In this document: positions 14,124-23,495 of the stretch, one piece after another
How the letters are laid out: every line of letters begins with the position of its first letter
Numbering within the stretch: position 1 is the first letter of the stretch
Source of the DNA: an uncultured Candidatus Peribacteria bacterium
Lineage (GTDB): Bacteria; Patescibacteriota; Gracilibacteria; Peribacterales; Peribacteraceae
DNA length: 64,000 nucleotides
NCBI GenBank assembly: GCA_964641555.1
Contig: CAZXKA010000002.1
Location: forward strand, 10,033 to 74,032
Reading direction: 5' to 3'
The notes under the pieces: generated by a model
What the model was told of the DNA's origin: nothing
Seen by the model: the letters and a program-made list of their open reading frames with translations, nothing else
Database searches by the model: none
Translations under genes and position numbers: made by a program

Positions 14124-15341
14124 TTAACGAAGGAGAATCTTCTGAGCGGTACGAAGAGCGGGGGCGAGCGTGCGAATGTCTTCTTCCGTCGTGTAGATGC
14201 CGACCGATGCCCGGACGGACGCGTCGATACCGAGCGCTTTGTGCAGCGGTCCGGCGCAGTGGTGCCCCGCGCGTACACAGACGCCTTCGTGGCCGAGCAC
14301 TTCCGCGACGTCATGTGCGTGGATGCCGTCGACGGTGAAGCTGACGCAGCCGAAAACCGTATCGTTACCCGGGCCGAGGATGCGAATGCCTTGTACGGAT
14401 CGGAGTTCGTCGAGAAGGAGCGAAAGCAGACGTCGTTCGTGCGCGACCCGATCGCTCCAGTGCCATGTCTTTTGCCACTCGAGCGCCGCCGCGAGCCCGA
14501 TGGCGCCAAGAAGGTTCGGCGTGCCGGCTTCGAACCGCGCGGGCGCGTCGGCGGGAACGAAGCCTTCCGGCGTGACACTGCGGACCATCCCGCCACCCGT
14601 GATGAACGGGGGCATTTCGGCCAACAGGGCACGCTTGCCATACAGCAGGCCGATGCCCGATGGGCCATAGAGTTTATGACCGGAGCACGCGAGGAAGTCG
14701 CAATCGAGCTTCGTGACGTTGATCGGCGCATGGGCGGCGAGTTGCGCCGCGTCAACGCAGACGAGCGCATTGTTTTTTTTCGCTCGCTTCGCGAGCGACT
14801 GGATGTCGGGACGGTTCCCCAACACGTTGCTTTGGCCCGTCACGGCGAGCAGTCGAACGCGCTCGTCGCGGAAAACCGTTTCAACATCGTTCTCGTTCAG
14901 TCGTCCGTCTTCATCGACGCCGATCCACCGCACGTCGACGCCGCGGCGTTCCCGCAACGCGAGCCACGGCGTGATGTTGCTGTGATGATCGAGCGTTGTG
15001 ATCGCGACGGCGTCGTCCTCGCCCCAGCGTTCCCCGAGCGCATGCGCGACGAGATTGATCCCCATCGTCGTACCGGAGGTGAACACGACTTCGTCGGCGT
15101 GCGCGGCTCCGAGGAACTCCGCGCAGATCCGGCGGGCGCTCTCGAATGCTTCGGTCGAGTCATCGGCCAACGGATGCAGACCGCGATGCACGCCGCCGAC
15201 GCCGTGCATCGCCGCGTTCTTCACGGCATCGATCGCCGCAAGCGGTTGCTGCGTCGTCGCGGCGGAATCAAGGTACGCGAGTTCCGGTCGGTGGGCCGCA
15301 AAGGGGAAGTGCCGGCGGACGGTTTGAGCATCGAAGGACAT
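14124..15341 (-). CDS. sufS: Cysteine desulfurase, SufS-like (class V aminotransferase)
   Basis: ORF 14124..16238 was trimmed to ATG 15341, with TATACT 10 nt upstream. It has the PLP-lysine motif SGHKLYGPSGIG and RAGHHCAGPL. Confidence 0.9.
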   Translation of the reverse strand: MSFDAQTVRRHFPFAAHRPELAYLDSAATTQQPLAAIDAVKNAAMHGVGGVHRGLHPLADDSTEAFESARRICAEFLGAAHADEVVFTSGTTMGINLVAHALGERWGEDDAVAITTLDHHSNITPWLALRERRGVDVRWIGVDEDGRLNENDVETVFRDERVRLLAVTGQSNVLGNRPDIQSLAKRAKKNNALVCVDAAQLAAHAPINVTKLDCDFLACSGHKLYGPSGIGLLYGKRALLAEMPPFITGGGMVRSVTPEGFVPADAPARFEAGTPNLLGAIGLAAALEWQKTWHWSDRVAHERRLLSLLLDELRSVQGIRILGPGNDTVFGCVSFTVDGIHAHDVAEVLGHEGVCVRAGHHCAGPLHKALGIDASVRASVGIYTTEEDIRTLAPALRTAQKILLR

Positions 15342-15395
15342 CGTGGGAGAGAGTATAGGGTACGTGCTACACTTCCGGTACGATTCATCCCCTCC

Positions 15396-18203
15396 ATGAA
15401 CGAGATCCGCACCCGCATCCTCACTCGCGCGCTCTTGGCGCTCCTCATCGTCTGGGGTGGCGTCATCACGTTGCAGTACTTCGCGGTACCGGTCCACCAG
15501 TCGGTGATGCTCGATGAAGGCGGCAAGAGATTGGTCGAAACGGCGTGCTCCGGTTGGGGGTTCCTCTGTAACGGCTTCTTCACGCTTCCCGCGTCGGCGA
15601 TCGCGTTCCTCAAAGCCCTCGGTCCGTTCCTCGTCTACGGCGTCCTCAGCCTCCTCGTGGCGGCGGGATTCGCGTTGCGCACGTACCTGCGCGACGAAGA
15701 TTGGTCGATCCGCGCCACGCTCTCGCCGTTCGCGCTTCTCGTTCTCTTCGTCCTCTCGCTCTGGGGTCTCACGATGACGCTCGCGTTCTCGCAGGAGGAC
15801 GGCATGCCCATGCGTCGCGTCATCGAACCGACGGCTCAGGTGTATCCAGATGCCAGTCCTCAAGGCCTCCAGGATCTGCGAGGGAACTTCGAGGAATTGC
15901 AGAGCCGGGGATGCCTGACGCCGCGGGGTACCACCGTCAGCGGTGCCGGCGCCTTCGACTACAGTCTTTTCTGCGTCCAAACGGGATTCGTTTCGCGCGT
16001 GCTCTCGCAACTGGCGATGCTCCTCCTCATCGCGTTCAACGCGCTCGTCCTTGGGCGGGCGGCGTTGCACATCTTTAGGCTGCGCGGATTCCCCGCGTTG
16101 CCCGAAGGCGTCATCAGCGCCGGGCTCGGCGCGTGTTTGATGGTCGCGATCCTCTGGTCTATCGCGATGCTTGGCGTCTACACGTCGACCGCTGGCTGGG
16201 CGCTCCTGATTGGCATTCCCGTCGCCGGATTCATCCATAGCCGTTATTGGCTTTCACTCTTCTGGAACGAGCGGTGGGAACTCAACGCGAAGCCCTGGAG
16301 CTGGAGTGTGATTCTGGGCTGGATGCTCGTCACGTACCTTGCGTTCAACTTCCTCAACGTCGTCCGCCCGTTCCCGATCGGTTGGGACGACCTGGGCCGC
16401 TACCTGAACCAGCCGCGATTGCTCGTGAGCTACGGCCGTTTCATCCCGTCGCTCGCCACCTTCAGCTGGGAGTACCTCACGTCGCTCGGGTTCCTGCTGT
16501 TCGGATTCGACAGTATCTTTGGGGCGACGCTGTCGATGCTCATCAACTGGTCCGCGGGATTGCTTGCAGTCCTCTCTGTCCTCCTCTTCGGTCGCACGTA
16601 CCTGGGGCAGGGAAGGGGGATGCTCTCCGCACTGCTGTACTACGCACTGCCGATGGTCGGGCACTTCTCGTTCGCCGACATGAAGGTCGACAACGCGATC
16701 TTCGCCGTGGGATCGCTCTCGGCGTTCGCAGGTTTTCTTGCGGTCTGTCCGCCCGCAGAACTGGATGATGACGAAGAGCATGGCCGGTCCGTATTGCCGC
16801 TCCTGGCGCTCGCGGGCGTCTTCAGCGGGTTCGCGTTCGCGATGAAGCCGACGGCCATCATGCTCATCATGGCGTTCGGCGCCGTGATGGCCGGCGTGCG
16901 GCTCGGGTGGTCCGGGTTCCTCGGTGCGGCGTTTTTGGCCTGGGCGCTCTTCACCAAGCAAGACGTCTTCAAAGTCGGTGAAGTGTCGGGTCGCGTGTTC
17001 GGGAATCCCAATGCGCTCTCGACCGGAATCGTGTTCGGCGTCTGCGCCGTCATCGGGCTTGCACTCCTCGGCTACGGACTCCGCAACAAGTTGCGAATGC
17101 TCCGTCCGCTCTTGAGCCAGATCGGCGTGTTCGCGCTCGCGTTCGTCGTGTCGATCCTGCCGTGGCTTATCGCGAACAACGTCCAATACGGCAACTGGCC
17201 GCCGCGCATCGCACTCACTGCCCCCAACCGCATCACGACGTCGTTCGTGATCGATGATGGCGTGCCGCCGCCGAACGCCGTGAACGTCCGCACGTTGCCG
17301 CCGGAGCTTCAGATCGATTCGTCGCATCCCGCGTGCGCGTCGACCTCGAAGGCCGAAGAGCTCGACCGTTACTGGGGTGACTACGCCGGCATCGGCCACT
17401 ACCTGGGCTTGCCGTGGCGCGCGGTCATGAATACCGATACGTTCGGGTACTACGTCACGCTCATTCCGGCGTTGCTCCTCCTGCCGCTCCTCTTGCTCGT
17501 GCCGTTCTTCTGGACGCGCGAAGGCCGCTGGATGCGCTGGCTGCTCTCCGCGACGGTCTTCATGGTCGTTCAGTGGTGCTTCTTCGCCAACGGTATCGTG
17601 TGGTACGGCCTCAGCATGTTCCTCGGCATCGTCGTGCTGCTCGAGGCGCTCTTCGCAGCCGCGCCGAACGCATCCACGCGCCGCACGGTCGGCGTGCTCC
17701 TGGCCATTTCGTTGCTCGCCGCGTTCTCGCACCGCTTGTGGCAGTTCGACACCATGCGCAATATCTTCGAGTATCCGATGGGCAAAGTGAGCGCCGAGAC
17801 GATGGAAGAGCGGACGATCCCGCACTACGACGACATTCGCGACGATATCCTCCAGAGGCGGGCGCACATGCCCGACCGACCGTTCACGTACCGAATGGGC
17901 ACGTTCATCCCGTACTTCATCCCGCAGAATTTCGAGGTGCTGCCGTTGGCCGATAACCAGCTCGATGTTTTCAACTGCTTGCACCAAGAGCGCGACGCCG
18001 CCAAGACGCTCGCCCGCCTGCAGGCGCTCGGGTTCAACAGCATGATTTTCGACATGAACACGCAGACGATCGAGAAGGATCCGAACGGCAGCCTGCATAA
18101 GAAGGTTCAGGCGTTCGTGGACTTTGCGAATACGTCGGGCCTGGGGATCCAGATCGTCGTGAACGATCCGGGTGCGGGCATTGCGTACATCCTGCTGCCA
18201 TGA
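15396..18203 (+). CDS. Very large polytopic membrane protein (935 aa), GT-C-like candidate with a C-terminal soluble domain
   Basis: The real part of ORF 14241..18203 starts at ATG 15396 (MNEIRTRILTRALLALLIVWGG). It has about 20 hydrophobic segments. Its stop overlaps the start of a GT2 polyprenyl-phosphate sugar synthase-like gene. Confidence 0.65.
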   Translation: MNEIRTRILTRALLALLIVWGGVITLQYFAVPVHQSVMLDEGGKRLVETACSGWGFLCNGFFTLPASAIAFLKALGPFLVYGVLSLLVAAGFALRTYLRDEDWSIRATLSPFALLVLFVLSLWGLTMTLAFSQEDGMPMRRVIEPTAQVYPDASPQGLQDLRGNFEELQSRGCLTPRGTTVSGAGAFDYSLFCVQTGFVSRVLSQLAMLLLIAFNALVLGRAALHIFRLRGFPALPEGVISAGLGACLMVAILWSIAMLGVYTSTAGWALLIGIPVAGFIHSRYWLSLFWNERWELNAKPWSWSVILGWMLVTYLAFNFLNVVRPFPIGWDDLGRYLNQPRLLVSYGRFIPSLATFSWEYLTSLGFLLFGFDSIFGATLSMLINWSAGLLAVLSVLLFGRTYLGQGRGMLSALLYYALPMVGHFSFADMKVDNAIFAVGSLSAFAGFLAVCPPAELDDDEEHGRSVLPLLALAGVFSGFAFAMKPTAIMLIMAFGAVMAGVRLGWSGFLGAAFLAWALFTKQDVFKVGEVSGRVFGNPNALSTGIVFGVCAVIGLALLGYGLRNKLRMLRPLLSQIGVFALAFVVSILPWLIANNVQYGNWPPRIALTAPNRITTSFVIDDGVPPPNAVNVRTLPPELQIDSSHPACASTSKAEELDRYWGDYAGIGHYLGLPWRAVMNTDTFGYYVTLIPALLLLPLLLLVPFFWTREGRWMRWLLSATVFMVVQWCFFANGIVWYGLSMFLGIVVLLEALFAAAPNASTRRTVGVLLAISLLAAFSHRLWQFDTMRNIFEYPMGKVSAETMEERTIPHYDDIRDDILQRRAHMPDRPFTYRMGTFIPYFIPQNFEVLPLADNQLDVFNCLHQERDAAKTLARLQALGFNSMIFDMNTQTIEKDPNGSLHKKVQAFVDFANTSGLGIQIVVNDPGAGIAYILLP

Positions 18204-18862
18204 TCGCCGCCGTGATACCGGCGTTGAACGAAGCGACGCGCATCACGAGCGTCGTGCAGGGTGCGCTTCCGTACGTGGACCGCGTGATCGTGGTCGACGA
18301 CGGGTCGACCGACGGCACGGGTGACATCGCGCGCCAGGCAGGGGCGTTCGTTCTCCGGCATCCCGAGAACTGCGGCGCCGGCGCCGCAACGATGACGGGC
18401 ATCGAGGCGGCGCGGCGGTTGGGGGCGGAGATCGTCGTGACATTGGACGCCGACGAACAGCATGATCCGCGCGATATTCCCGATCTTCTGAAAGCGTTGG
18501 AAGGGGGGGTGGACATCGTGTTCGCGAACCGCTTTGGCCAAAAAAATCACATTCCGTTCGTCCGCCGGGTCTTCAACGGACTCGGTAATCTCGTGACGCT
18601 CGCCGCGACGGGCATGTGGATTTCGGACAGCCAATGCGGCTACAAGGCGTTCGGCCCCACCGCCGTGCGGGAGCTGGACCTGCGGATGAACGGGTTCGAG
18701 TTCTGCACCGAGATCGTTCGCGAGTGCGTGCAGCGCAAATGGCGCTACGCGCAGGTGCCGGTGAAGGTGCTGTACTCGGAGTACACGCTGGCCAAAGGGC
18801 AGTCGTTCGCGAACGGCGTGCGAACGGCGCTTAAAATTCTGCTACGATCCTTCCTGCGATGA
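18200..18862 (+). CDS. GT2 glycosyltransferase, polyprenyl-phosphate sugar synthase-like (DPM1/GtrB-like)
   Basis: AAVIPALNE..VVDDGSTDGT..TLDADEQHDP. ATGA overlap with the upstream gene. Confidence 0.85.
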   Translation: MIAAVIPALNEATRITSVVQGALPYVDRVIVVDDGSTDGTGDIARQAGAFVLRHPENCGAGAATMTGIEAARRLGAEIVVTLDADEQHDPRDIPDLLKALEGGVDIVFANRFGQKNHIPFVRRVFNGLGNLVTLAATGMWISDSQCGYKAFGPTAVRELDLRMNGFEFCTEIVRECVQRKWRYAQVPVKVLYSEYTLAKGQSFANGVRTALKILLRSFLR

Positions 18863-19218
18863 TCCTCACGCCCTACCAAATCGTCGTGCCCGTCCTCTCG
18901 GCCGTCGCGATGTTCTACGCGTGGAGCCTGTTCAAGCGCGATCGCAAGACGCTGTGGGAGGCCACGCTCTGGACGTTCTTCTGGGCGGGGGTCGGGTGCA
19001 TCGCGCTCTTCCCGGGGCTCCTGACGTACCTCACGATCATCACGGGTATCCGCAGCCAGGTGAACGCCGTCATCGTGACCGCGATCGGGATCCTCATGTT
19101 CCTCGTGTTCTCGATCATCGTCCGGCTCGAGGAGTTGTCGCAGCGCTATGCCAAGATCATGCGTGCTTTGGCGATTCGGGATATGGAATTAGACGGCAAA
19201 GAAGCGGAACAGAAGTGA
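18859..19218 (+). CDS. DUF2304-like small membrane protein (usual partner of GT2 genes)
   Basis: 119 aa with 4 hydrophobic helices and a charged tail. ATGA overlap with the GT2 gene. Confidence 0.55.
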   Translation: MILTPYQIVVPVLSAVAMFYAWSLFKRDRKTLWEATLWTFFWAGVGCIALFPGLLTYLTIITGIRSQVNAVIVTAIGILMFLVFSIIVRLEELSQRYAKIMRALAIRDMELDGKEAEQK

Positions 19219-19231
19219 TAAGCTGGTGCCG

Positions 19232-20374
19232 ATGAAGACGATTCTTTTGGTCACGCCCTACTGGCGCGAACAGCACCGGTGGATGGTGAGCGGCTACAAA
19301 CTCGCCGAGCTCTGGCAGCGCCTGGGGTATCGGGTCGTCGTGACGTGCATGGGGTCGGAGACGAAGACGGAGCGCATGTCCGATACGCTGGCCGTGCATT
19401 CCCGGAAAGACGTGTTTTTGAAAGATCCGTGGAACTACGGTATTTCTCTTGGCTTTGGCGGCGATGTCGCGCGCATCGCACAAAAGGAAAAGCCGGACAT
19501 CATCGTCATCAACAAATTATTGTTCTGGTCATCGCTCGCATCATTCTCGCTTCGGTTGCGCGGATATCGTGTCATTCAAATCACGGACGCTTTGGTAGGC
19601 ATGACATGGTGGCCACGCGGGAAGATTCCGCAATTCTGCGCGGCGATCTACGCATGGACGATCGGTTGGTTGTTGCTAAAAATCGCGTCGAAGATTGTGT
19701 TTTTTCATCCGCAGCCAGAACCATTGCTACGAAGACTGGGTATCACGCAGAAGACACGTGTTATTCCTACTGGTATCGATCCAGCGCCTTTTAGGAGACC
19801 AGAGACCGGAGACCAGAATGCTCGTCCGGCCTCTGTGTCTCCGGTCTCATCGTCCGTCGTCGTCACGTATGTCGGACGTTTGGAATCTGTGAAGGGCGTC
19901 GATGATTTTCTTGCGGCAACCGATTCACTCATTGATGAATATTCTCATGTGAAAGTTCAAGTGGCCGGTTGGTATCCGGATAAGCATCCGCTCGTGGAGC
20001 AATACGAAAGAAACGTCGCATTTCTTGGATTAGTAGACGATGTGGCCAATGTTCTGGTTCGGACCGATATCTTCGTCCTTCCCAGCCACAGCGAGGGCCT
20101 CAGCAACGCGCTGATGGAAGCCATGGCATCGAAGTGTGCGTGCATCGCGTCGGACGTCGGCGGGAACCGATATTTGATCGAGAACGGCCTCTCCGGTCTC
20201 CTCTTTCCGGCAGGGGATCGCGAGGCGCTGCGGTCGCATATCCGAAGACTCGTGCAGGATCCGGCGAAACGAAAAGCGATGGGTGACGCCGCACGGGCGC
20301 GCGTCGATGCGGTGTTCAGTTGGGAAAAAGTAGGGAAGCAGTATGAAGAACTCTTCCGTTCGATCCACGCATGA
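19232..20374 (+). CDS. GT4 family glycosyltransferase
   Basis: VTYVGRLESVKGVDDFL..LPSHSEGLSNALMEAMASKCACIASDVGGN is the E-x7-E region. ATG 19232 is preferred over GTG 19226. Confidence 0.88.
   Translation: MKTILLVTPYWREQHRWMVSGYKLAELWQRLGYRVVVTCMGSETKTERMSDTLAVHSRKDVFLKDPWNYGISLGFGGDVARIAQKEKPDIIVINKLLFWSSLASFSLRLRGYRVIQITDALVGMTWWPRGKIPQFCAAIYAWTIGWLLLKIASKIVFFHPQPEPLLRRLGITQKTRVIPTGIDPAPFRRPETGDQNARPASVSPVSSSVVVTYVGRLESVKGVDDFLAATDSLIDEYSHVKVQVAGWYPDKHPLVEQYERNVAFLGLVDDVANVLVRTDIFVLPSHSEGLSNALMEAMASKCACIASDVGGNRYLIENGLSGLLFPAGDREALRSHIRRLVQDPAKRKAMGDAARARVDAVFSWEKVGKQYEELFRSIHA
19794..19848. repeat. GAGACC/GGTCTC-family inverted repeat (copy B) inside the GT4 ORF
   Basis: GGAGACCAGA occurs at 19794-19803 and 19808-19817. 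GAGACCGGAGAC 19802-19813 pairs perfectly with GTCTCCGGTCTC 19837-19848 (12 bp, 23 nt spacer). It is in frame and encodes RRPETGDQNARPASVSPVS in the inter-domain linker. Confidence 0.8.
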
Positions 20375-21480
20375 AACCCCGCATCGTCCTCTATTCGGCG
20401 TTCGTCTCTCCGCTGCGCAGCGGAGCCGAAGCGTGCGCCGAGGAAGTTGCGGCGCGACTGCAGGATCGCTTCGACATCATGATCGTCGCCGCGCGCATGC
20501 GGAAGGATCTGCCGACCGACGACGTGCTCTCGACGGGTGTGAAGGTGAAACGCGTCGGGATCGGGAGTTCGATCGACAAATGGCTGTATCCGTTCCTCGC
20601 GCCTGCGGCCGCCGCGGCGTTGCAGCCGCAGATCATCCACGCGGTGCTCGAATCGTTCGCCGGCATGGCGCTCGTGCTTTCAAAAAATCTGCTTCCGCAA
20701 GCCAAAAGAGTCCTCACGTGCCAGAGCACGAACACAACGCTGCTGCTCAGGCCCATGCACGCGGCGGCGCATCGGATCACCGCCATCAGCTCGGTGCTTG
20801 TCGAGCGTGCGAAGAAGTTCGGCTACAACGCGACGCTCATTCCGAACGGTATTCGCGTGAACGAGTTGCAGTCCATGCATGTGGAGTGGGTGCCGGGAAG
20901 AATTCTGTTTGTCGGGAGGTTGGAACCGATGAAGGGGGTGGAGACGTTGCTGGAGGCATTCGCTGTCATGGTTCGACGGACTCACCATGACAGCTTCGCC
21001 GCTGTCACCCTGAGTTCGTCGAAGGGTGACGCGGCGCATCTTCGCATCGTCGGCGATGGCTCACTCCGTTCGTCGCTGGAGCGCCGGGCGCAGGAACTCG
21101 GTATCGCGGATCGGGTCACGTTCGCCGGCGCCGTGTCGCATGATGACATTGCGCGCGAATACGCTTCAGCGGAAATTTTCTGCGGTCTCTCCCGGAGCGA
21201 AGCGTTGGGAAATGTGTTTCTTGAAGCACAGGCAGCCGGATGTGCCGTCGTGGCGACGAACGTCGGCGGTATTCCGGATATCGTGAAGGACGGGGAGACG
21301 GGGTTACTCGTACCGCCGGACGATCCGACCGCCGCCGCGAATGCCCTGGAGCGATTGTTGGGGGATGAGAGTCTCAGGAAACGGCTTTTGGAAGATGGAA
21401 AAACGAATGCCACTGCGTACGATTGGGACACGATCGCGGAGCGGTATGCGGAAGTGTATGACGAGTTAATTTTACATTGA
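20371..21480 (+). CDS. GT4 family glycosyltransferase
   Basis: FVGRLEPMKGV..SRSEALGNVFLEAQAAGCAVVATNVGGIPDIV. ATGA overlap with the upstream GT4. Confidence 0.88.
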   Translation: MKPRIVLYSAFVSPLRSGAEACAEEVAARLQDRFDIMIVAARMRKDLPTDDVLSTGVKVKRVGIGSSIDKWLYPFLAPAAAAALQPQIIHAVLESFAGMALVLSKNLLPQAKRVLTCQSTNTTLLLRPMHAAAHRITAISSVLVERAKKFGYNATLIPNGIRVNELQSMHVEWVPGRILFVGRLEPMKGVETLLEAFAVMVRRTHHDSFAAVTLSSSKGDAAHLRIVGDGSLRSSLERRAQELGIADRVTFAGAVSHDDIAREYASAEIFCGLSRSEALGNVFLEAQAAGCAVVATNVGGIPDIVKDGETGLLVPPDDPTAAANALERLLGDESLRKRLLEDGKTNATAYDWDTIAERYAEVYDELILH

Positions 21481-21552
21481 CCAATAGTAATTTTAGTTCA
21501 AAATAATCATAGGATTGCAGTCGGGCTCACCGACGTCCTATCGTTCCTTCAA

Positions 21553-21558
21553 AAGGAG
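21553..21558 (+). promoter_or_regulatory. Shine-Dalgarno sequence AAGGAG, 7 nt before ATG 21566
   Basis: The sequence is aaAAGGAGttacgtcATG. It is the only strong SD I found in front of any gene in this window. Confidence 0.6.
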
Positions 21559-21565
21559 TTACGTC

Positions 21566-22438
21566 ATGGCACTCACCGTGCCCACTACTGTTCCGCAGCA
21601 GTACACCGCCTGGGACGTTGAAGAAGAGCTGGGATCTTGGTCCAAGCGCTTCGCCGACGCCAACCGTCTTCTACAAGAGACCCGCCTCCTGACGGGGGTC
21701 GACGTGGAGAACGGTGCCGGCAACATGTTGCTCCGGCGGTACGCATCGATCGTCGCTCACGAGGGCTTCGTCGCGAAGGGTGCGATCCAGAACGTCACCG
21801 AGTTCAAGCTGGGAGGAGTGATCAATGTCGCTCTCAACCAGGGGAACAAGCTCGGACTCGTGTGGAACTACCGTCCTATCATTCCACGCGAGCAGATGCC
21901 GGTGTACCGTTTCCTTTGGAATGGATGTGCGAATCTTCTCGAGCCCAAGCTACATCCTGATGATCCGGACATTCGGCTCAGCATCGAGAAGCGCATGCTT
22001 CAGTACAAAGCATTCCTCCTTCGCGTCGCTCCTTTGCTCGGCATGTGGTCGCTCGAATTACCGCGAGGCTACGGCGACGTCACGAAGACGCCGGTGCAAA
22101 ACGCCGAAAGCGAGGCGGAGGAAGAGTTACAGGTTCGCTGCGTTGAACGCTTCGAGCTCGGACTCCTCGGTGAGGACACGGCACAGAACCCTGCCCTTAA
22201 CTCCTACTGCTTCGTGCGGATGGATGTGAAGGGCAAGCCACGACAACCGAGGGATCTGTGGGAGAAGATCGCCGCGAAGGCCGAATGGCTCACGCTATCC
22301 GAACTCGCGCAGGCGTTCAAAGACGGACACGTGGTCGATCCGTACACGCTGGCCGCTCTGCAAGTTCTGCAGTTTGAACGGCCGGACTTGTACGCCTCGA
22401 TCGGTGATCCTCGCCGACGACAAACCCGACCTCTGTAA
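21566..22438 (+). CDS. Nudix-fold (ADP-ribose pyrophosphatase-like) protein with a degenerate Nudix box
   Basis: ELPRGYGDVTKTPVQNAESEAEEELQV aligns to ELPAG..GE..REx2EExGU, with K replacing the first E, S replacing R and Q replacing G. The gene has its own AT-rich upstream block, SD and terminator. Confidence 0.5.
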   Translation: MALTVPTTVPQQYTAWDVEEELGSWSKRFADANRLLQETRLLTGVDVENGAGNMLLRRYASIVAHEGFVAKGAIQNVTEFKLGGVINVALNQGNKLGLVWNYRPIIPREQMPVYRFLWNGCANLLEPKLHPDDPDIRLSIEKRMLQYKAFLLRVAPLLGMWSLELPRGYGDVTKTPVQNAESEAEEELQVRCVERFELGLLGEDTAQNPALNSYCFVRMDVKGKPRQPRDLWEKIAAKAEWLTLSELAQAFKDGHVVDPYTLAALQVLQFERPDLYASIGDPRRRQTRPL

Positions 22439-22498
22439 TCGTCTGAGGCCGGATCTCGGGCCAAAATACAACAAGCAGTCGGTTGCCGATTGCATGAA

Positions 22499-22530
22499 GA
22501 GCCACCCATGTGGGTGGCTCTTTGCTTATG
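22499..22530. terminator. Intrinsic terminator hairpin between convergent genes
   Basis: AAGAGCCACC(ca tg tg)GGTGGCTCTT: the 12-mer at 22499-22510 pairs with 22513-22524, followed by TGCTTA on the plus strand. Confidence 0.65.
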
Positions 22531-23494
22531 TCGTTGATTTCCTAAAAGTCGCCTCTACCATCGCCCCCGCCATGATGAGCGGATGCTTGAACGCGAACTT
22601 CTTCACCGCCGCCGAGCCGCCACCGCCGATCGTCGTCACCCCGACGCGCGCTTTCTTCCAGCGCTCCATGTACTTCCGGATCATTCCCGCAAGTTCGCGG
22701 CGGATCGCGGATTTCGCCGCGCCGCGCCGTTCCGGCGGTAGAAGCGTGACCGCCAGCTCCATCGTTTCCAGCCGATCGTAGAGGCCTTTGCCTGCCGCCG
22801 CGTTTTGGGCCGTGGTGCCTACCGCATGCACGCGGAACTTGCCGAGCGTCCGCGGTTCGAAGTACCAGTCGCTCTTGGCCAGGCAACGCGTCCAGTATTC
22901 GGCGTCGAGGAACTGCTGCATCGTGGGGTGGAAGGGGCCCACCGCGTCGACGAGGCTCCGGCGCATGATGACAAAGCTCGGTTCGCCGATGGCGCTGGGC
23001 TTCAAACCGCGGCTCATCCACTCCGCGAGCGCGGGGATGCCTTCGTGGAGGCCCGGTTTGATGTGTTTTTGAATGAAGTCCGTTGCTTCGTCGTAGATCG
23101 CTTCCTTCGGCATGTCGCCTTCGAAGAGGTACGAACGATTCGCCGAGACGAAGCCGACGGACGGGTGCCGATCGAGAATGTCGCAAAGCGTTTGCAGATA
23201 CTCCGGCTCCCAGAGATCGTCGTAGAAGAGATACGCGAGGTACGGTGCGGTCGCGAAGGGGAGACAGGCGTTCCAGTTCTCGCCGATCGTCCGCAGCTGC
23301 GTTCCCTGCACGAAGCGCACGCGCGGATCGTCGAGGTACTTCTTCAACGCCCCTTGCAGATCGAACTCCCACGGCTGATTGTGGATGATGCACTCCCAAT
23401 CGGTTTCGGTCTGAGCGAAGAGCGCGTCCAGCGCCTGCGCGAAGTACTCGATTTTCGGTTTGTACACCGGCATGAGGACCGAGACGCGTGCCAT
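22526..23494 (-). CDS. GT2 family glycosyltransferase
   Basis: ORF trimmed to ATG 23494. MARVSVLMPVYKPKIEYFAQALDALFAQT..FYDDLW. Confidence 0.8.
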   Translation of the reverse strand: MARVSVLMPVYKPKIEYFAQALDALFAQTETDWECIIHNQPWEFDLQGALKKYLDDPRVRFVQGTQLRTIGENWNACLPFATAPYLAYLFYDDLWEPEYLQTLCDILDRHPSVGFVSANRSYLFEGDMPKEAIYDEATDFIQKHIKPGLHEGIPALAEWMSRGLKPSAIGEPSFVIMRRSLVDAVGPFHPTMQQFLDAEYWTRCLAKSDWYFEPRTLGKFRVHAVGTTAQNAAAGKGLYDRLETMELAVTLLPPERRGAAKSAIRRELAGMIRKYMERWKKARVGVTTIGGGGSAAVKKFAFKHPLIMAGAMVEATFRKSTT

Positions 23495-23495
23495 G

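Noticed and set aside
14241-18203. A 1320-aa ORF spanning the sufS region and the large membrane protein.
   Set aside because: The first roughly 385 codons are antisense to sufS and look like shadow sequence. The hydrophobic protein starts convincingly at ATG 15396, so the call was trimmed.
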